From: Xylella taiwanensis | GTDB taxonomy: Bacteria; Pseudomonadota; Gammaproteobacteria; Xanthomonadales; Xanthomonadaceae | Length of the DNA stretch: 32,000 bases | Direction of reading: 5' to 3' | Assembly (NCBI RefSeq): GCF_013177435.1 | Contig: NZ_CP053627.1 | Span: forward strand, 1,980,001 to 2,012,000 | Shown here: piece by piece, positions 10,601-20,063 of the stretch | How the letters are laid out: each line of letters begins with the position of its first letter | Position numbering within the stretch: the stretch's first letter is position 1 | Position numbers and translations under genes: made by a program | Notes under the pieces: model-generated | The model's database searches: none | What the model was told of the DNA's origin: nothing | The model's input: the letters and a program-made list of their open reading frames with translations, nothing else

Positions 10601-12105
10601 GACCCAGATACACGTTCACTCAAGGAAGAGACGTGCTCCGCGATCCGACCCAGGTCCAATTGCAACATGCGCAGAATCACCCCAGCCAAGGACGAGCGTC
10701 TGATCTCAGGATCAGTGAATGCTGGCCGTGCGAGGAAGTCTGCCTCAGTGTAGAGCCGGTAACAGACACCATCGGCAATGCGGCCGCAACGGCCGGCACG
10801 CTGGTTGGCACTCGCCTGACTGATCGGCTCAATGTAGAGGCGATCCAACTTCTGCCGCGCACTGTAACGCTTCACACGCGCATACCCCGGATCGACCACA
10901 TAGCGGATCCGCGGCACCGTCAATGACGTCTCAGCAACGTTGGTCGTCAGTACCAGCCGACGCCCGGATCCAGGGTTAAACACCCGATCCTGATCACCAG
11001 CCGACAAGCGCGCGTACAGCGGCAGCACTTCAGTCTCGCGATACTTGCGCCGCTCCAGCGCACGGCAAAGATCGCGAATCTCGCGCTCACCCGGTAGGAA
11101 CACCAGCACATCACCGTGCGGGTCCTCACGGGTGATCTCGTCGATCACCGCCACAATCGCATCGTTCACGGTGCGCTGCTCCTCTTGAGGCGTCGCCACT
11201 GCCCTCTTGGGCACAGCAACTTCACCTCCAGATCTTCGCGCACCACCATGCATCGACGGATACTCAGTACCACCGTGAGCCTCTTCAAGGCGATCACCAG
11301 CACATCCCACCTCAGCCAACGGACGGTAACGCACCTCCACCGGGTAAGTACGGCCCTCCACATTGATCACCGGCGCAGCGTCGAAATGCTTAGAAAAGCG
11401 TGCTGTGTCGATCGTCGCTGACGTCACGATCAGCTTCAAATCACTACGTTTTTTCAGTAACTGTTTGAGATAACCCAGCAAAAAATCAATATTGAGGCTG
11501 CGCTCATGTGCTTCATCGACAATGATCGTGTCATACGCCGACAACCAGCGGTCACTGGCAATCTCCGCCAGCAAAATACCGTCGGTCATGAACTTGATCC
11601 GTGAGGCATCACTCACTTTATCGGTGAAACGCACCTGGAAGCCCACCACCATCCCCAAGGGTGTCTGTAGTTCCTCAGCGACCCGCATCGCCACCGCACG
11701 CGCCGCGATACGACGTGGCTGCGTACACCCGATCGTACCGGCAATGCCACGCCCGGCAGACAAGCACAACTTCGGCAATTGCGTGGTCTTTCCCGAACCG
11801 GTTTCACCAGCAATGACCACCACCTGATGCGCCCGGATCAGCGCAACGATGTGCTCTGCTTCGTGTGCGATAGGCAATCGAGGGTCCACTGTGACCACTG
11901 GTTGACTATTCGCACGCACCTGACGCTGTGCCCGTGATGCGGATAACACCCGCTGGAAGTTAGCACGCGCCTCATGATCACGAGGCTGACGCTGCCAATG
12001 CGACCATAGCCCCAGTAATCGCCCACGGTCGCGGCTCATCGCATCGTCGATCGCGCGACGATGCTTACGCAATTGGCCCCAGATGTTCTGTTCGATAACA
12101 CTCAT
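7681..12105 (-). CDS. hrpA: ATP-dependent RNA helicase HrpA (DEAH-box)
   Basis: Contains GETGSGKTT (motif I), DEAH, SAT, TNVAETSLT and QRAGRCGR, plus the long HrpA C-terminal region. The start is taken at MSVIEQN (12105); an alternative ATG lies at 12141. The stop overlaps the convergent pqaA-like stop by 4 nt. Confidence 0.93.
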   Translation of the reverse strand: MSVIEQNIWGQLRKHRRAIDDAMSRDRGRLLGLWSHWQRQPRDHEARANFQRVLSASRAQRQVRANSQPVVTVDPRLPIAHEAEHIVALIRAHQVVVIAGETGSGKTTQLPKLCLSAGRGIAGTIGCTQPRRIAARAVAMRVAEELQTPLGMVVGFQVRFTDKVSDASRIKFMTDGILLAEIASDRWLSAYDTIIVDEAHERSLNIDFLLGYLKQLLKKRSDLKLIVTSATIDTARFSKHFDAAPVINVEGRTYPVEVRYRPLAEVGCAGDRLEEAHGGTEYPSMHGGARRSGGEVAVPKRAVATPQEEQRTVNDAIVAVIDEITREDPHGDVLVFLPGEREIRDLCRALERRKYRETEVLPLYARLSAGDQDRVFNPGSGRRLVLTTNVAETSLTVPRIRYVVDPGYARVKRYSARQKLDRLYIEPISQASANQRAGRCGRIADGVCYRLYTEADFLARPAFTDPEIRRSSLAGVILRMLQLDLGRIAEHVSSLSERVSGSEQQRTSQIIENFSFLEPPDERAVADGWQQLVELGAVDSQQALTAIGRKMARLPVDVKLARMLVAAQQHGCVYEMTVIVAFLGIQDPRERPPEAREAADNAHAKFADARSDFVGILRLWQAYWQVREYSTQSKLREWCQRHFLSVLHMREWCELQRQLCLLCEGEQEDDLRNVRSSEALLKKGARLSPRSKSESGLGALGLVPQADALLSSATLLRALLAGQGTSSESERRGHKPSRGELHRAARLARERSAVRNVTRTVHGANADMHTPSAVTPGISTPGELLNDAPPISERARAAAYQALHRALLAGLPIHIGHRTEKGDFQAPRQRRFLLFPGSVLAKQPPPWVLTATLLDTQKVWGLTNAAIEPDWVIAELPHLLLRKHFNPHWSRAQGRVLVSEQISLFGLVLAPKKPVHYGRIDPIAAHDLFVRQALVTGEINTRAGFVADNLKVLEQAHQEEAKLRRAGIVADEDWQARWYLDRVPHDIDSTDALDAWWKDLPVNKRHGLYWSLIDLLPGEGSEEDRYPKYFALGDARLPLHYSFDPGAVDDGVTLEVPLHLLNALDPVRLSWLVPGFVADKASALIRSLPKALRRSYVPAPDFGRAFSQAFPQPAADDLRGELARFLSRITGVRAAAIDFDEQLLEPYLHMRLRLRDESGHVLAESRDLDALRARFGTHSGQAFVARSGRTFIMEGLREFPAMSIPVQLTGEAGVPMYPALVDEGEMVALRVFADSSEAAQVHPHGVRRLLEIALANKIKQVRKQLPVSSKSGLLYAAIESKECLRDDLVEAALNAVLANALESIRDPVVFAQCRDTAAQQLFPEMMVRLNLAEAILVAVAELKPLLEAPLMGWARGNLDDMERQLAQLVYPGFLRQTPAEVLTHYPRYLKAMLLRSERAKRDPSRDQARMLELKPFVDALEVAMAQGVSGQPEWQALRWDLEELRVSLFAQELGARTGISAKKLAQRLAALRGG

Positions 12106-12188
12106 CAATCGTAAATTGCAGAAGATTGCATGACAGTACATGCTTTAGGTTGTTTATTGTGACAACCGTTACTAAGGAGGATATTTCT

Positions 12189-12731
12189 ATGGCAAAGAAA
12201 CAACAGAACAGCAAATCCGAGAATAAAACCATGCTGGCATCCGCCATCTCAATGCCAGAGGTGAATATCGGAATCAAAACCAGCGACCGCAAGACCATCG
12301 CCGAGGGTCTGTCCCACTACATGGCGGACGCTTTCACGCTGTACTTGAAGACCCACACCTTCCACTGGAACGTCACTGGGCCCATGTTCAACTCGCTGCA
12401 CACCATGTTCGAAACGCAATACACAGAACAATGGGCCGCACTGGACGAGATCGCAGAACGTATCCGTGCTCTCGGCTATAACGCACCGGGTTCCTACAAA
12501 GAATATCTGGCACTGACCTCAATCGAGGAAGAACCAGGCTTGAGTGACAACACCGACTGGCGCGAGATGGTTCGCCAATTGGTCATCGGTAACGAGGCGG
12601 TATGCCGTACCGCACGCAAAGTACTCAGCACCGCTGAAGATGCCAGCGACGACCCAACCGCTGACTTGTTGACCCAACGCCTACAGATCCATGAGAAATA
12701 CGCGTGGATGTTACGTTCACTTTTGCAATAA
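12189..12731 (+). CDS. dps: DNA starvation/stationary-phase protection protein Dps (ferritin-like)
   Basis: The ATG at 12189 is preceded by AAGGAGG. The product contains the Dps ferroxidase signature region (LYLKTHTFHWNVTGPMFNSLHTMFE...LDEIAERIRALG). Confidence 0.9.
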   Translation: MAKKQQNSKSENKTMLASAISMPEVNIGIKTSDRKTIAEGLSHYMADAFTLYLKTHTFHWNVTGPMFNSLHTMFETQYTEQWAALDEIAERIRALGYNAPGSYKEYLALTSIEEEPGLSDNTDWREMVRQLVIGNEAVCRTARKVLSTAEDASDDPTADLLTQRLQIHEKYAWMLRSLLQ

Positions 12732-12929
12732 TCAAGACGCAACGCGGAGCAGGCTAGCCTCACATTTAAGCAACACACCATTCCGCACGAACAACCATCC
12801 ACTTACTCAGAGTGTGCAGCACCCAGCGCCGTACACTCTGCTGTGGTCACTTTGCCGCACCCGTGCAGATCCGTGGAGATTCAGCCTCCCCCAATCACCG
12901 GGAAGCCGAATGCCAGCCGCGATATTCTA

Positions 12930-14732
12930 ATGAGCATGTCTTCCGCCACTCATGCAGTTCTACAGCGCGTCTTCGGCTACGACACCTTCCGCGGCCCTCA
13001 GCAGGCCATCATCGAACACGTCGCTGCCGGCTACGACGCCTTGGTACTGATGCCCACTGGGGGCGGCAAGTCACTGTGCTACCAAGTGCCTTCGCTGCTG
13101 CGCAACGGCATCGGCTTGGTCATCTCACCACTGATTGCACTGATGCAAGACCAAGTCGAGACCCTGCGTCAGCTTGGCATACGCGCCGAATATCTCAACT
13201 CGACCCTGGATGCCACGGAAGCCAAGCGGATCGAGCACGCCCTGCTCACCGGGGAGCTGGACCTGCTGTATATCGCTCCGGAACGGTTACTCACTGGACA
13301 TTTTTTATCGCTGCTAGAACGTAGCCACATCGCCCTGTTCGCAATCGACGAGGCCCATTGCGTCTCACAGTGGGGCCACGATTTCCGTCCCGAATACCGT
13401 CAACTCACCGTGCTTCACGAGCGCTGGCCACACGTACCGCGGATTGCACTGACGGCCACCGCCGCCCCACCCACCCAACGCGAGATTGCTGAACGCCTCG
13501 ACCTGAGTCACGCGCATCACTTCATCAGTTCATTCGACCGCCCCAACATCCGCTACACGGTCGTGCAGAAAAACAATATGCGCCGCCAACTGCAGGAATT
13601 CCTGGACCGCCATCGCAACGCAGCCGGCATTGTCTACACCATGTCACGACGCAAGGCCGAAGAGATCGCCGCATACCTGCGTACCCAAGGCTACAACGCG
13701 CTGCCTTATCATGCCGGCTTGCCAGCCGAAATGCGTGCCAAGCACCAACGCTGCTTTCTGCATGAAGACGGTATTGTGATGTGTGCCACCATTGCCTTCG
13801 GCATGGGCATCAACAAACCTGATGTACGCTTTGTCGCTCACATCGACCTTCCCAAGTCAATGGAGGGTTACTACCAAGAAACCGGCCGTGCCGGCCGCGA
13901 TGGCGAAGCCGCAGAAGCATGGATGTGCTACGGCCTGGGAGACGTCGTACTGCTCAAACAAATGATCGAGCAAGGCGAAGCCAGCGAAGCACGCAAGTGT
14001 GTGGAACGCGCCAAGCTTGATCACCTACTGGGCTACTGCGAGTCAATGCAGTGCCGCCGCCAAATGCTACTGGCTAGCTTCGGCGAAACCTATCCACAGC
14101 CTTGTGGCAACTGCGACAACTGTCTGACCCCAGACATCGCCTGGGATGCCAGCGTTCTCTCGCAAAAGGCGTTGAGTTGCGTCTACCGGACTGGGCAGCG
14201 CTTCGGCGCCGGACACTTGATCGACATCCTGCGTGGGAGTAAGAGCGAAAAAGTCTTGCAACTCGGCCATGACCAACTCAGCACCTACGGCATCGGCCGC
14301 AACGTGAATGAACGCAGTTGGCGCAGTGTATTTCGCCAGCTCATCGCCGCAAGCCTGCTGGAGGTTGATAACGAAGGCCATGGCGGCTTGCGTCTGACCG
14401 AGACAAGCCGTGCAGTCCTCAAAGGCGAACGCCAAGTGATGATGCGTCGCGATCAGGCCATACGGGAACGCGACCGCGCCGGGCAACGCAGCGGACTGTC
14501 AGTCCTCCCGGAAGATCTGGCACTGTTCAATGCCCTGCATGGCTTACGTGCACAGCTGGCCAAAGAACAAAACGTGCCAGCATTCGTCATCTTCCATGAC
14601 AGCACCTTGCGTCATATTGCTGAACAACGCCCTACCAGCCTCAATGCACTGGCCCAAGTCAGCGGTATCGGCAGCAGCAAACTGGCACGCTATGGCCATC
14701 AGTTAATCGAACTCGTGCTTGCGCAGGGTTGA
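12930..14732 (+). CDS. recQ: ATP-dependent DNA helicase RecQ
   Basis: Contains FGYDTFRGPQ, MPTGGGKSLCYQ, DEAHCVSQWGHDFRPEY, the Zn-binding C-x-C cluster (CRRQ...CGNCDNC) and a C-terminal HRDC-like region. The start is taken at MSMSS (12930, or 12936). Confidence 0.95.
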   Translation: MSMSSATHAVLQRVFGYDTFRGPQQAIIEHVAAGYDALVLMPTGGGKSLCYQVPSLLRNGIGLVISPLIALMQDQVETLRQLGIRAEYLNSTLDATEAKRIEHALLTGELDLLYIAPERLLTGHFLSLLERSHIALFAIDEAHCVSQWGHDFRPEYRQLTVLHERWPHVPRIALTATAAPPTQREIAERLDLSHAHHFISSFDRPNIRYTVVQKNNMRRQLQEFLDRHRNAAGIVYTMSRRKAEEIAAYLRTQGYNALPYHAGLPAEMRAKHQRCFLHEDGIVMCATIAFGMGINKPDVRFVAHIDLPKSMEGYYQETGRAGRDGEAAEAWMCYGLGDVVLLKQMIEQGEASEARKCVERAKLDHLLGYCESMQCRRQMLLASFGETYPQPCGNCDNCLTPDIAWDASVLSQKALSCVYRTGQRFGAGHLIDILRGSKSEKVLQLGHDQLSTYGIGRNVNERSWRSVFRQLIAASLLEVDNEGHGGLRLTETSRAVLKGERQVMMRRDQAIRERDRAGQRSGLSVLPEDLALFNALHGLRAQLAKEQNVPAFVIFHDSTLRHIAEQRPTSLNALAQVSGIGSSKLARYGHQLIELVLAQG

Positions 14733-14857
14733 GTCAATCTATGGATCCCTGCTTTCAGAAATATCCAGAACACTCATGGCTGACATTCAAGCTTCGATGG
14801 CCAGCTTAGATACACTCCTCGACAGGAATCGCCCTGTTCTACCAGAACCCGACAGCA

Positions 14858-15325
14858 ATGAAAGCCCACCCCATCCTTCTCTTCAGTCTGCTCTCCAGCG
14901 GGTCCGTCCTGGCCCAATCCGGAACGACCGTCACGGCTCAACACACCAACGGAGCTTCGAGCCTCAACCTGAGCCTGCCGCAGACACCCATCCAATACCG
15001 CTCTGACTCCAGCAGCAACACAAATCCTCCTGGAACCTACTATGGCGACACCAGCGGCATACCTGCCGCAACCACTGATAAAAGAAACAGTGTCTTCATC
15101 CGTCAACCCACCTGCGAAGGTCAACTGTCCGGTGCAGTCACTACCGGCGTGGGCTATTCCAACCACGGCGGCACCAGCAACTGGCAGGCCGTCAACCTCA
15201 ACACATGCAAAACTTATTACAACGATGAAGGCACGCCCCACAAGATCGGGATCAGTATCACGCTTGGTCAAAGTAAAGGCCCGCATTACAACCCCGGCCT
15301 CCACAGACTGCATCCAGTGTGGTAG
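14858..15325 (+). CDS. hypothetical secreted protein (Sec signal peptide, Ser/Thr/Gly/Asn-rich)
   Basis: MKAHPILLFSLLSSGSVLA|QSG looks like a classic signal peptide with an AxA-like cleavage site. The mature part has two Cys residues. I found no recognisable family and no clear SD. A longer antisense ORF (14774-15358) has no such features. Confidence 0.5.
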   Translation: MKAHPILLFSLLSSGSVLAQSGTTVTAQHTNGASSLNLSLPQTPIQYRSDSSSNTNPPGTYYGDTSGIPAATTDKRNSVFIRQPTCEGQLSGAVTTGVGYSNHGGTSNWQAVNLNTCKTYYNDEGTPHKIGISITLGQSKGPHYNPGLHRLHPVW

Positions 15326-15984
15326 CTGTGCTTGCCGGTATGGACAGCTCACGGCCACTCATAGCGCTTAGAGCCTGTGATCAACGTTCATGAGGCTGAT
15401 GGATCCGCCACACCGCGGCAATCCACTTGGAATGACTGATCACATTGGCTTATTACAGTGTAGTCAGTCCCATGAGTCATGGCGCATATCACCACGACGT
15501 AACGACGGACAGTGGAGGCAACGCCGAAGTAAACAGTGCCATCATCCCATCCATGCAAGTGCTGTTGCTGGTAGGAAGATATTGGTTCCACACAAACGTC
15601 AGCACGGCCCGTTTTCTGATTGCTGCGGCCATCGCTTCAGAGTCGATGCTGTCATTGCACGCCGTTCCAACTCCATGAGCAACGCTCACATCAGAGACTC
15701 TCTGGCAACCAGCAGGTACCTCGGTCATCCCGACACACCAAGCACCCAATGAATCGGCACTGCAAGCAACGGCTGGCATCGCTGCAATGACCTTCAGCAC
15801 TTCAAAACACTCCACACCGCAGCTGTTCGTCTCTGCTTTCGGAATCATGGCCAACATCGTTCAGAAATTCACGCCACAACGGTTCCATCACACCCCAAAA
15901 AAAGTTTTAAAGACAATAGATTTAGATGAAGACACAACAGAGCGTTGCCAAACAGAAACTGCTGCTGTAGTTGCCGTATGCATC

Positions 15985-16005
15985 AAAAAGGACGATGGCA
16001 CATCG
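15985..16005 (-). terminator. weak candidate terminator downstream of the LLM oxidoreductase gene
   Basis: The minus strand reads CGATG-TGC-CATCG followed by TCCTTTTTG, about 35 nt after the stop. The stem is short (5 bp). Confidence 0.3.
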
Positions 16006-16040
16006 CAATAATCGCAATACATGTCTCAGACGTGAAAGCA

Positions 16041-17006
16041 TCAGACAGATGCGGCCTGCAATGCAGGAATGACATATTCGCCAAATAAACGGCAAGAGGT
16101 GCGCACCGCGTCAGGATCGTGGCGATGACCAGCGAAGAAACCGACGATATTTGCAGCACCAGTGCGTCCAAGTTGCAACAGAATCTGCTCAGTCACCTGC
16201 GCCGGTGTACCAACGACGATGTCATCGTCCAGAATTGATGGCATCTGTGCCTGGGCAGCCCTGGCATGTTCGCGTGCGCGTCCTTCAGTCTTGGCAACAA
16301 AGATGCAACGGCGAATCGCCAATCGTTCTGCGGTGTACCTGTGCCCTGTCATCTCACGATAAACATCGAACAAACGCACCACGGCATCCGTGTCCAAAAA
16401 ACCGGTACACAAGCGGTGTCCACGCTTTGCGGCTTCTGCCGCCGCTTCAGTACTACGCACAGTCGCCCAAATCGGCGGGGAAGGATGTTGCAATGGCCGT
16501 GGCACCATACCAAGCTGCTCGAATGACCAGTAGCGGCCACGGTACGACAAACAGGGGTTCAGCCAAGCCTGCTCGAGGATGTCCAGTGCCTCACAGTACA
16601 TCGGCACGATGTCGACCTCAGCAATACCAACCGCAGCCGCCTCCTGCACAGACGAACCACGAGCGACCCCTATCTCAACGCGCCCTTGACTGAGCTGATC
16701 AAGGACACCCACCTGTTCAAGAAAACGCCACGGTTGCCATAGCGGCAAGACCCAGCCGAGCACGCCGATACGCAGATGCTGGCTACGCGCCGCCACCCAC
16801 GCCGCAAACAAGCTTGGCGCGGGACAAGCACGTAAACCACTGAAATGGTGCTCGCTGAAAAAGATGCCATGAAACCCCAGCGCCTCGGCCTGCGCCCATA
16901 ATTCGCTGCGCCAGGCATATTCTTTAGAGCACGCTAATGCATCAAAGTGCACCGGATCTGCATCATCTGAGATATTGAGCTGCTCGAATATCCAGGATTT
17001 AATCAT
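16041..17006 (-). CDS. LLM-class (luciferase-like) flavin-dependent oxidoreductase
   Basis: 321 aa. The pattern GFHGIFFSEHHF...LRIGVLGWVLPLWQPWRFLEQVGVLDQLSQGRVEIGVARGS is typical of bacterial luciferase-like monooxygenases. The start is at MIKSW (17006), preceded by AAGGA. Confidence 0.85.
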   Translation of the reverse strand: MIKSWIFEQLNISDDADPVHFDALACSKEYAWRSELWAQAEALGFHGIFFSEHHFSGLRACPAPSLFAAWVAARSQHLRIGVLGWVLPLWQPWRFLEQVGVLDQLSQGRVEIGVARGSSVQEAAAVGIAEVDIVPMYCEALDILEQAWLNPCLSYRGRYWSFEQLGMVPRPLQHPSPPIWATVRSTEAAAEAAKRGHRLCTGFLDTDAVVRLFDVYREMTGHRYTAERLAIRRCIFVAKTEGRAREHARAAQAQMPSILDDDIVVGTPAQVTEQILLQLGRTGAANIVGFFAGHRHDPDAVRTSCRLFGEYVIPALQAASV

Positions 17007-17195
17007 TGAAAAAATCCTTGTTTTTGAAGTAACTCCATTATTAAGAACCCATATATCTTGACAAATCAAGAGAAAAAATCGCTCGCATTTCCTGAAATTT
17101 TTAGAAATTAATCAGGCAATCAGCGATGATTTAATCCACATAACAAGTGTGCCCACGCCAGCCGATGCGGCGTACCGATTGATGAGGAAGAACGG

Positions 17196-18590
17196 ATGGC
17201 CAAAAGCACCACAAGCAAAGCCAGGATCGCCTACGTCTGCACCGAATGCGGCGCCGAATACAGCAAATGGCAGGGACAGTGCACCGAATGCGGCACGTGG
17301 AATCGCTTAAGCCAAATCACCTTGGGAAACACAGGATCAGTCAAGCATCCAGCCATGCAGCACAGCAACTGGACCGGCAAGATCGACCCACCCAAGATCA
17401 CGGCATTGCAGGACATTCAGCACAGCGAGCAAGTACGGGTGTCTACCGGCATCGGTGAGTTCGATCGTGTCCTCGGCGGCGGCCTGGTTGAAGGCGCAGT
17501 GGTGTTGATTGGCGGCGATCCTGGCATCGGCAAGTCGACGCTCCTGCTGCAAGCATTAGCACGGATGGCCGGCACACTGCCGACACTGTATGTGACCGGC
17601 GAGGAATCGCTGGCGCAAGTCGCCGGTCGTGCGGTACGCCTGGATCTACCCTTAGAAGGTTTAAACGCGCTCGCCGAGACCGGGATCGAATCGATCCTAC
17701 AGCACGCCAGCACAGCACGACCACGACTGATCGTCGCCGATTCAGTGCAAACCCTGTGGACCGAAACACTGACCGCCGCACCCGGTTCGGTCAGCCAAGT
17801 ACGCGAAAGCGCCGCGCAGTTGGTGCGCTACGCCAAAGAAACCGGCACGACCGTGTTCCTGGTCGGCCATGTCACCAAAGAGGGCGGGATCGCCGGCCCT
17901 CGCGTGCTCGAACACATGGTCGACGCGGTGCTGTATTTCGAGGGTGAAAGCGGTAGCCGCTTCCGCCTACTGCGGGCGTTCAAAAACCGCTTCGGAGCAG
18001 TCAACGAACTAGGCGTGTTTGCGATGGGCGAGAAAGGCTTGAAAGAAGTCTCCAATCCATCAGCCATGTTCTTATCCGGCAGAAACAGCCACCAACCAGG
18101 TAGCTGTGTGATGGTGACACGTGAGGGCACCCGCCCCTTGATGGTCGAGGTACAAGCCCTGGTCGATCCCTCCCCCCTGTCCAATCCACGCCGGGTCACC
18201 GTGGGGCTAGAACAAAACCGGCTGGCGATGCTGTTGGCCGTGTTGCACCGTCACGGCAACGTCGTCATCGGCGACCAAGACGTATTCATCAACATCGTCG
18301 GCGGAATCCGCGTACAAGAGACAGCCGCAGATCTCCCGGTACTGCTGGCGGTACGGTCTTCGTTATGCAACCGGGCGCTGCCCGAAAAGACCATCGCCTT
18401 TGGTGAAGTGGGCTTGTCCGGTGAAATCCGCCCGGTGCCTAACGGCGAAGAACGCCTCAGGGAAGCAGCGACGCACGGCTTCAAACGCGCGATCGTGCCG
18501 AAAGCCAATGCCCCCAAAGCAAGTGCCATGAAGGACATGGAGGTCATCGCCGTAGAACGACTGGATCAGGCGCTGGAAGCAACTGATTGA
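17196..18590 (+). CDS. radA: DNA repair protein RadA/Sms
   Basis: Has an N-terminal C4 zinc finger (CTECGAEYSKWQGQCTECG), Walker A GGDPGIGKST, the KNRFG motif and a Lon-like C-terminal domain. Confidence 0.95.
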   Translation: MAKSTTSKARIAYVCTECGAEYSKWQGQCTECGTWNRLSQITLGNTGSVKHPAMQHSNWTGKIDPPKITALQDIQHSEQVRVSTGIGEFDRVLGGGLVEGAVVLIGGDPGIGKSTLLLQALARMAGTLPTLYVTGEESLAQVAGRAVRLDLPLEGLNALAETGIESILQHASTARPRLIVADSVQTLWTETLTAAPGSVSQVRESAAQLVRYAKETGTTVFLVGHVTKEGGIAGPRVLEHMVDAVLYFEGESGSRFRLLRAFKNRFGAVNELGVFAMGEKGLKEVSNPSAMFLSGRNSHQPGSCVMVTREGTRPLMVEVQALVDPSPLSNPRRVTVGLEQNRLAMLLAVLHRHGNVVIGDQDVFINIVGGIRVQETAADLPVLLAVRSSLCNRALPEKTIAFGEVGLSGEIRPVPNGEERLREAATHGFKRAIVPKANAPKASAMKDMEVIAVERLDQALEATD

Positions 18591-18917
18591 ACATCGGGCA
18601 TCTCTGAGTACTGTCATGCCGTCAATGCATCCCAGCGGCGGGGATCGGGAAACGCGGTACGTCTCCATATGACAGACCAACATCGGTCCCAATGAAAACA
18701 TGTCGACCAACTCCAGAAAGGCCGCTGCACCATCAACCATCGGGATCATGAAAACCACGCAATGCCGCCCCTGCCAAGAGGAATACAGCGACTGGTTCGT
18801 TATCTCAGTGGACGTGCTGCAAGCCGTTGCCCCATCTGACGCTGTACTACCCTTAGCGCATCATGCGGCATCCGATGGACAAAGCTGATCTAAACAACGA
18901 CATCACCCAGAATAACC

Positions 18918-19322
18918 CTAGCGATAGTGACGCTCGTTAGTATATTTCTCACAGGCCAAGCAGGTCTGATCGGGGTCGTAAGGAATGGGCTTGCCCCCCA
19001 TATCCAACGGCCCACCACAACGTGGACATATGACTCCATAGCCCTGTTGGATCTGCCATAGTCGATGTCGGGCCTGTCGTTGTTGATACTTAGCGAAAAA
19101 GAGATACATCAGCGCCGACAAAAACCAGACATAAGGCACCCAACGCAGGATATAAAATATGCCAGCAAATGAAGGGTCGTCTTGCATCCTTGGAATGACG
19201 AACATCCCAAGTATCGAGACGATCATAACGACAGTCACTCGATAGTAAACAATAAACATTTTTCGAGCCAATCCATGAGTACGTTCCTGGTTACCAGGAG
19301 AGTCTGCCGACTCAAGCATCAA
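18918..19322 (-). CDS. hypothetical small membrane protein with C-terminal zinc-ribbon (CPRCG...CLAC)
   Basis: Two predicted TM helices (VTVVMIVSILGMFVI; VPYVWFLSALMYLFF) are followed by CPRCGGPL-x17-CLACEKY. The region is visibly more AT-rich than its neighbours. The start is uncertain (19322 or 19259). Confidence 0.5.
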   Translation of the reverse strand: MMLESADSPGNQERTHGLARKMFIVYYRVTVVMIVSILGMFVIPRMQDDPSFAGIFYILRWVPYVWFLSALMYLFFAKYQQRQARHRLWQIQQGYGVICPRCGGPLDMGGKPIPYDPDQTCLACEKYTNERHYR

Positions 19323-19721
19323 CGTTCAAGACGTTAAAGCGCCGCGGAGCGGGAAACGGCGTGCTGCAACTCCCCCAGAGTGATGATAATGACTCAAAGG
19401 CCCCGGCAATGTGGCAGCCACACCTGCCGCATTGGCATCCCAGCACACGACATTGCCTGCCATAGGATGTCGTCTTCACTGTACCGCCTGTACCGAGTCC
19501 CTACATACCACACAAAGATGGAGGGCAAAACGTCATCCACGTCTACTCACCCGAATGCTGCGACACTGATCACGCATTCCGGAACATCCGCGGCCATTGC
19601 GGCCACAGGTGATATCGCATGAGTAAAGATGACATACCCATCTCCGCTCCCGTCAGCCCCCAAAGCAAACGCAACGGACACCTCGTCCGAAACCGGCACT
19701 GTACGCTCAGCAAGTCTGGAC

Positions 19722-19750
19722 AAGAAACAATAAAGGGCCCTATTGGCCCG
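19722..19750 (-). terminator. candidate intrinsic terminator about 315 nt downstream of trpA
   Basis: The minus strand reads GGGCC-AATAG-GGCCC followed by TTTATTGTTTCTT. The stem is 5 bp and all G/C. Confidence 0.35.
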
Positions 19751-20063
19751 ACAGTGACACTGATCTAAAGCACGTGTATCCCACCCTACGCATCTCAAAG
19801 GAAGGAAACCAACATCACCGCATCAAGTGACGCAAGGATGCTATCTGACAAGCATGGATCACATTGCTTAAAGTGCTGGGATATCACGCTGACCTGCATC
19901 ACTGCTGGATCACGCCAGCGGACGATGCACATGACTTACGCGTTACGCGCTCCCAATAGACGCAGACCGAGCAAAGCCCCAGACAAACAGCACTCCGCAT
20001 GGATGCTGACCAACCTCCAGGCTGGGAATGGCATCCAACCGTACCCGGATTGAGGCCAACGAC

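Noticed and set aside
8024-10926. Multiple 100-210-aa + strand ORFs (8024-8629, 10259-10753, 10297-10926) and alternate-frame minus-strand ORFs within hrpA
   Set aside because: They are shadow ORFs of the 4.4-kb hrpA reading frame. They have no motifs, and their Arg/Ser/Pro-biased composition is what antisense translation of a moderately GC-rich gene produces.
12128-12160. GCATG-N6-CATGC palindrome and a TTAG-N6-TATTG element in the hrpA/dps divergent region, considered as operator or LexA-like boxes
   Set aside because: The element matches only 3 of 5 positions in the second half of the Xanthomonad LexA motif (TTAG-N6-TACTA, as I remember it). The 5-bp palindrome is too short to be meaningful without comparative data.
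12808-12840. 8-bp inverted repeat CAGAGTGT...ACACTCTG between dps and recQ, considered as a possible dps terminator
   Set aside because: The loop is 17 nt and no T-run follows, so this is not a convincing intrinsic terminator. It may be a protein-binding site, but I cannot support that.
14774-15358. 194-aa minus-strand ORF antisense to the signal-peptide ORF
   Set aside because: It is longer than the + strand ORF but has no signal, motif or start context. The + strand ORF has a textbook Sec signal peptide. Only one of the two is likely real, and I chose the + strand one. The choice remains uncertain.
17058-17063. TTGACA hexamer in the AT-rich LLM/radA divergent region, considered as a -35 box
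   Set aside because: There is no acceptable -10 hexamer at 16-18 nt spacing on the + strand. I cannot place a promoter by eye with any confidence.
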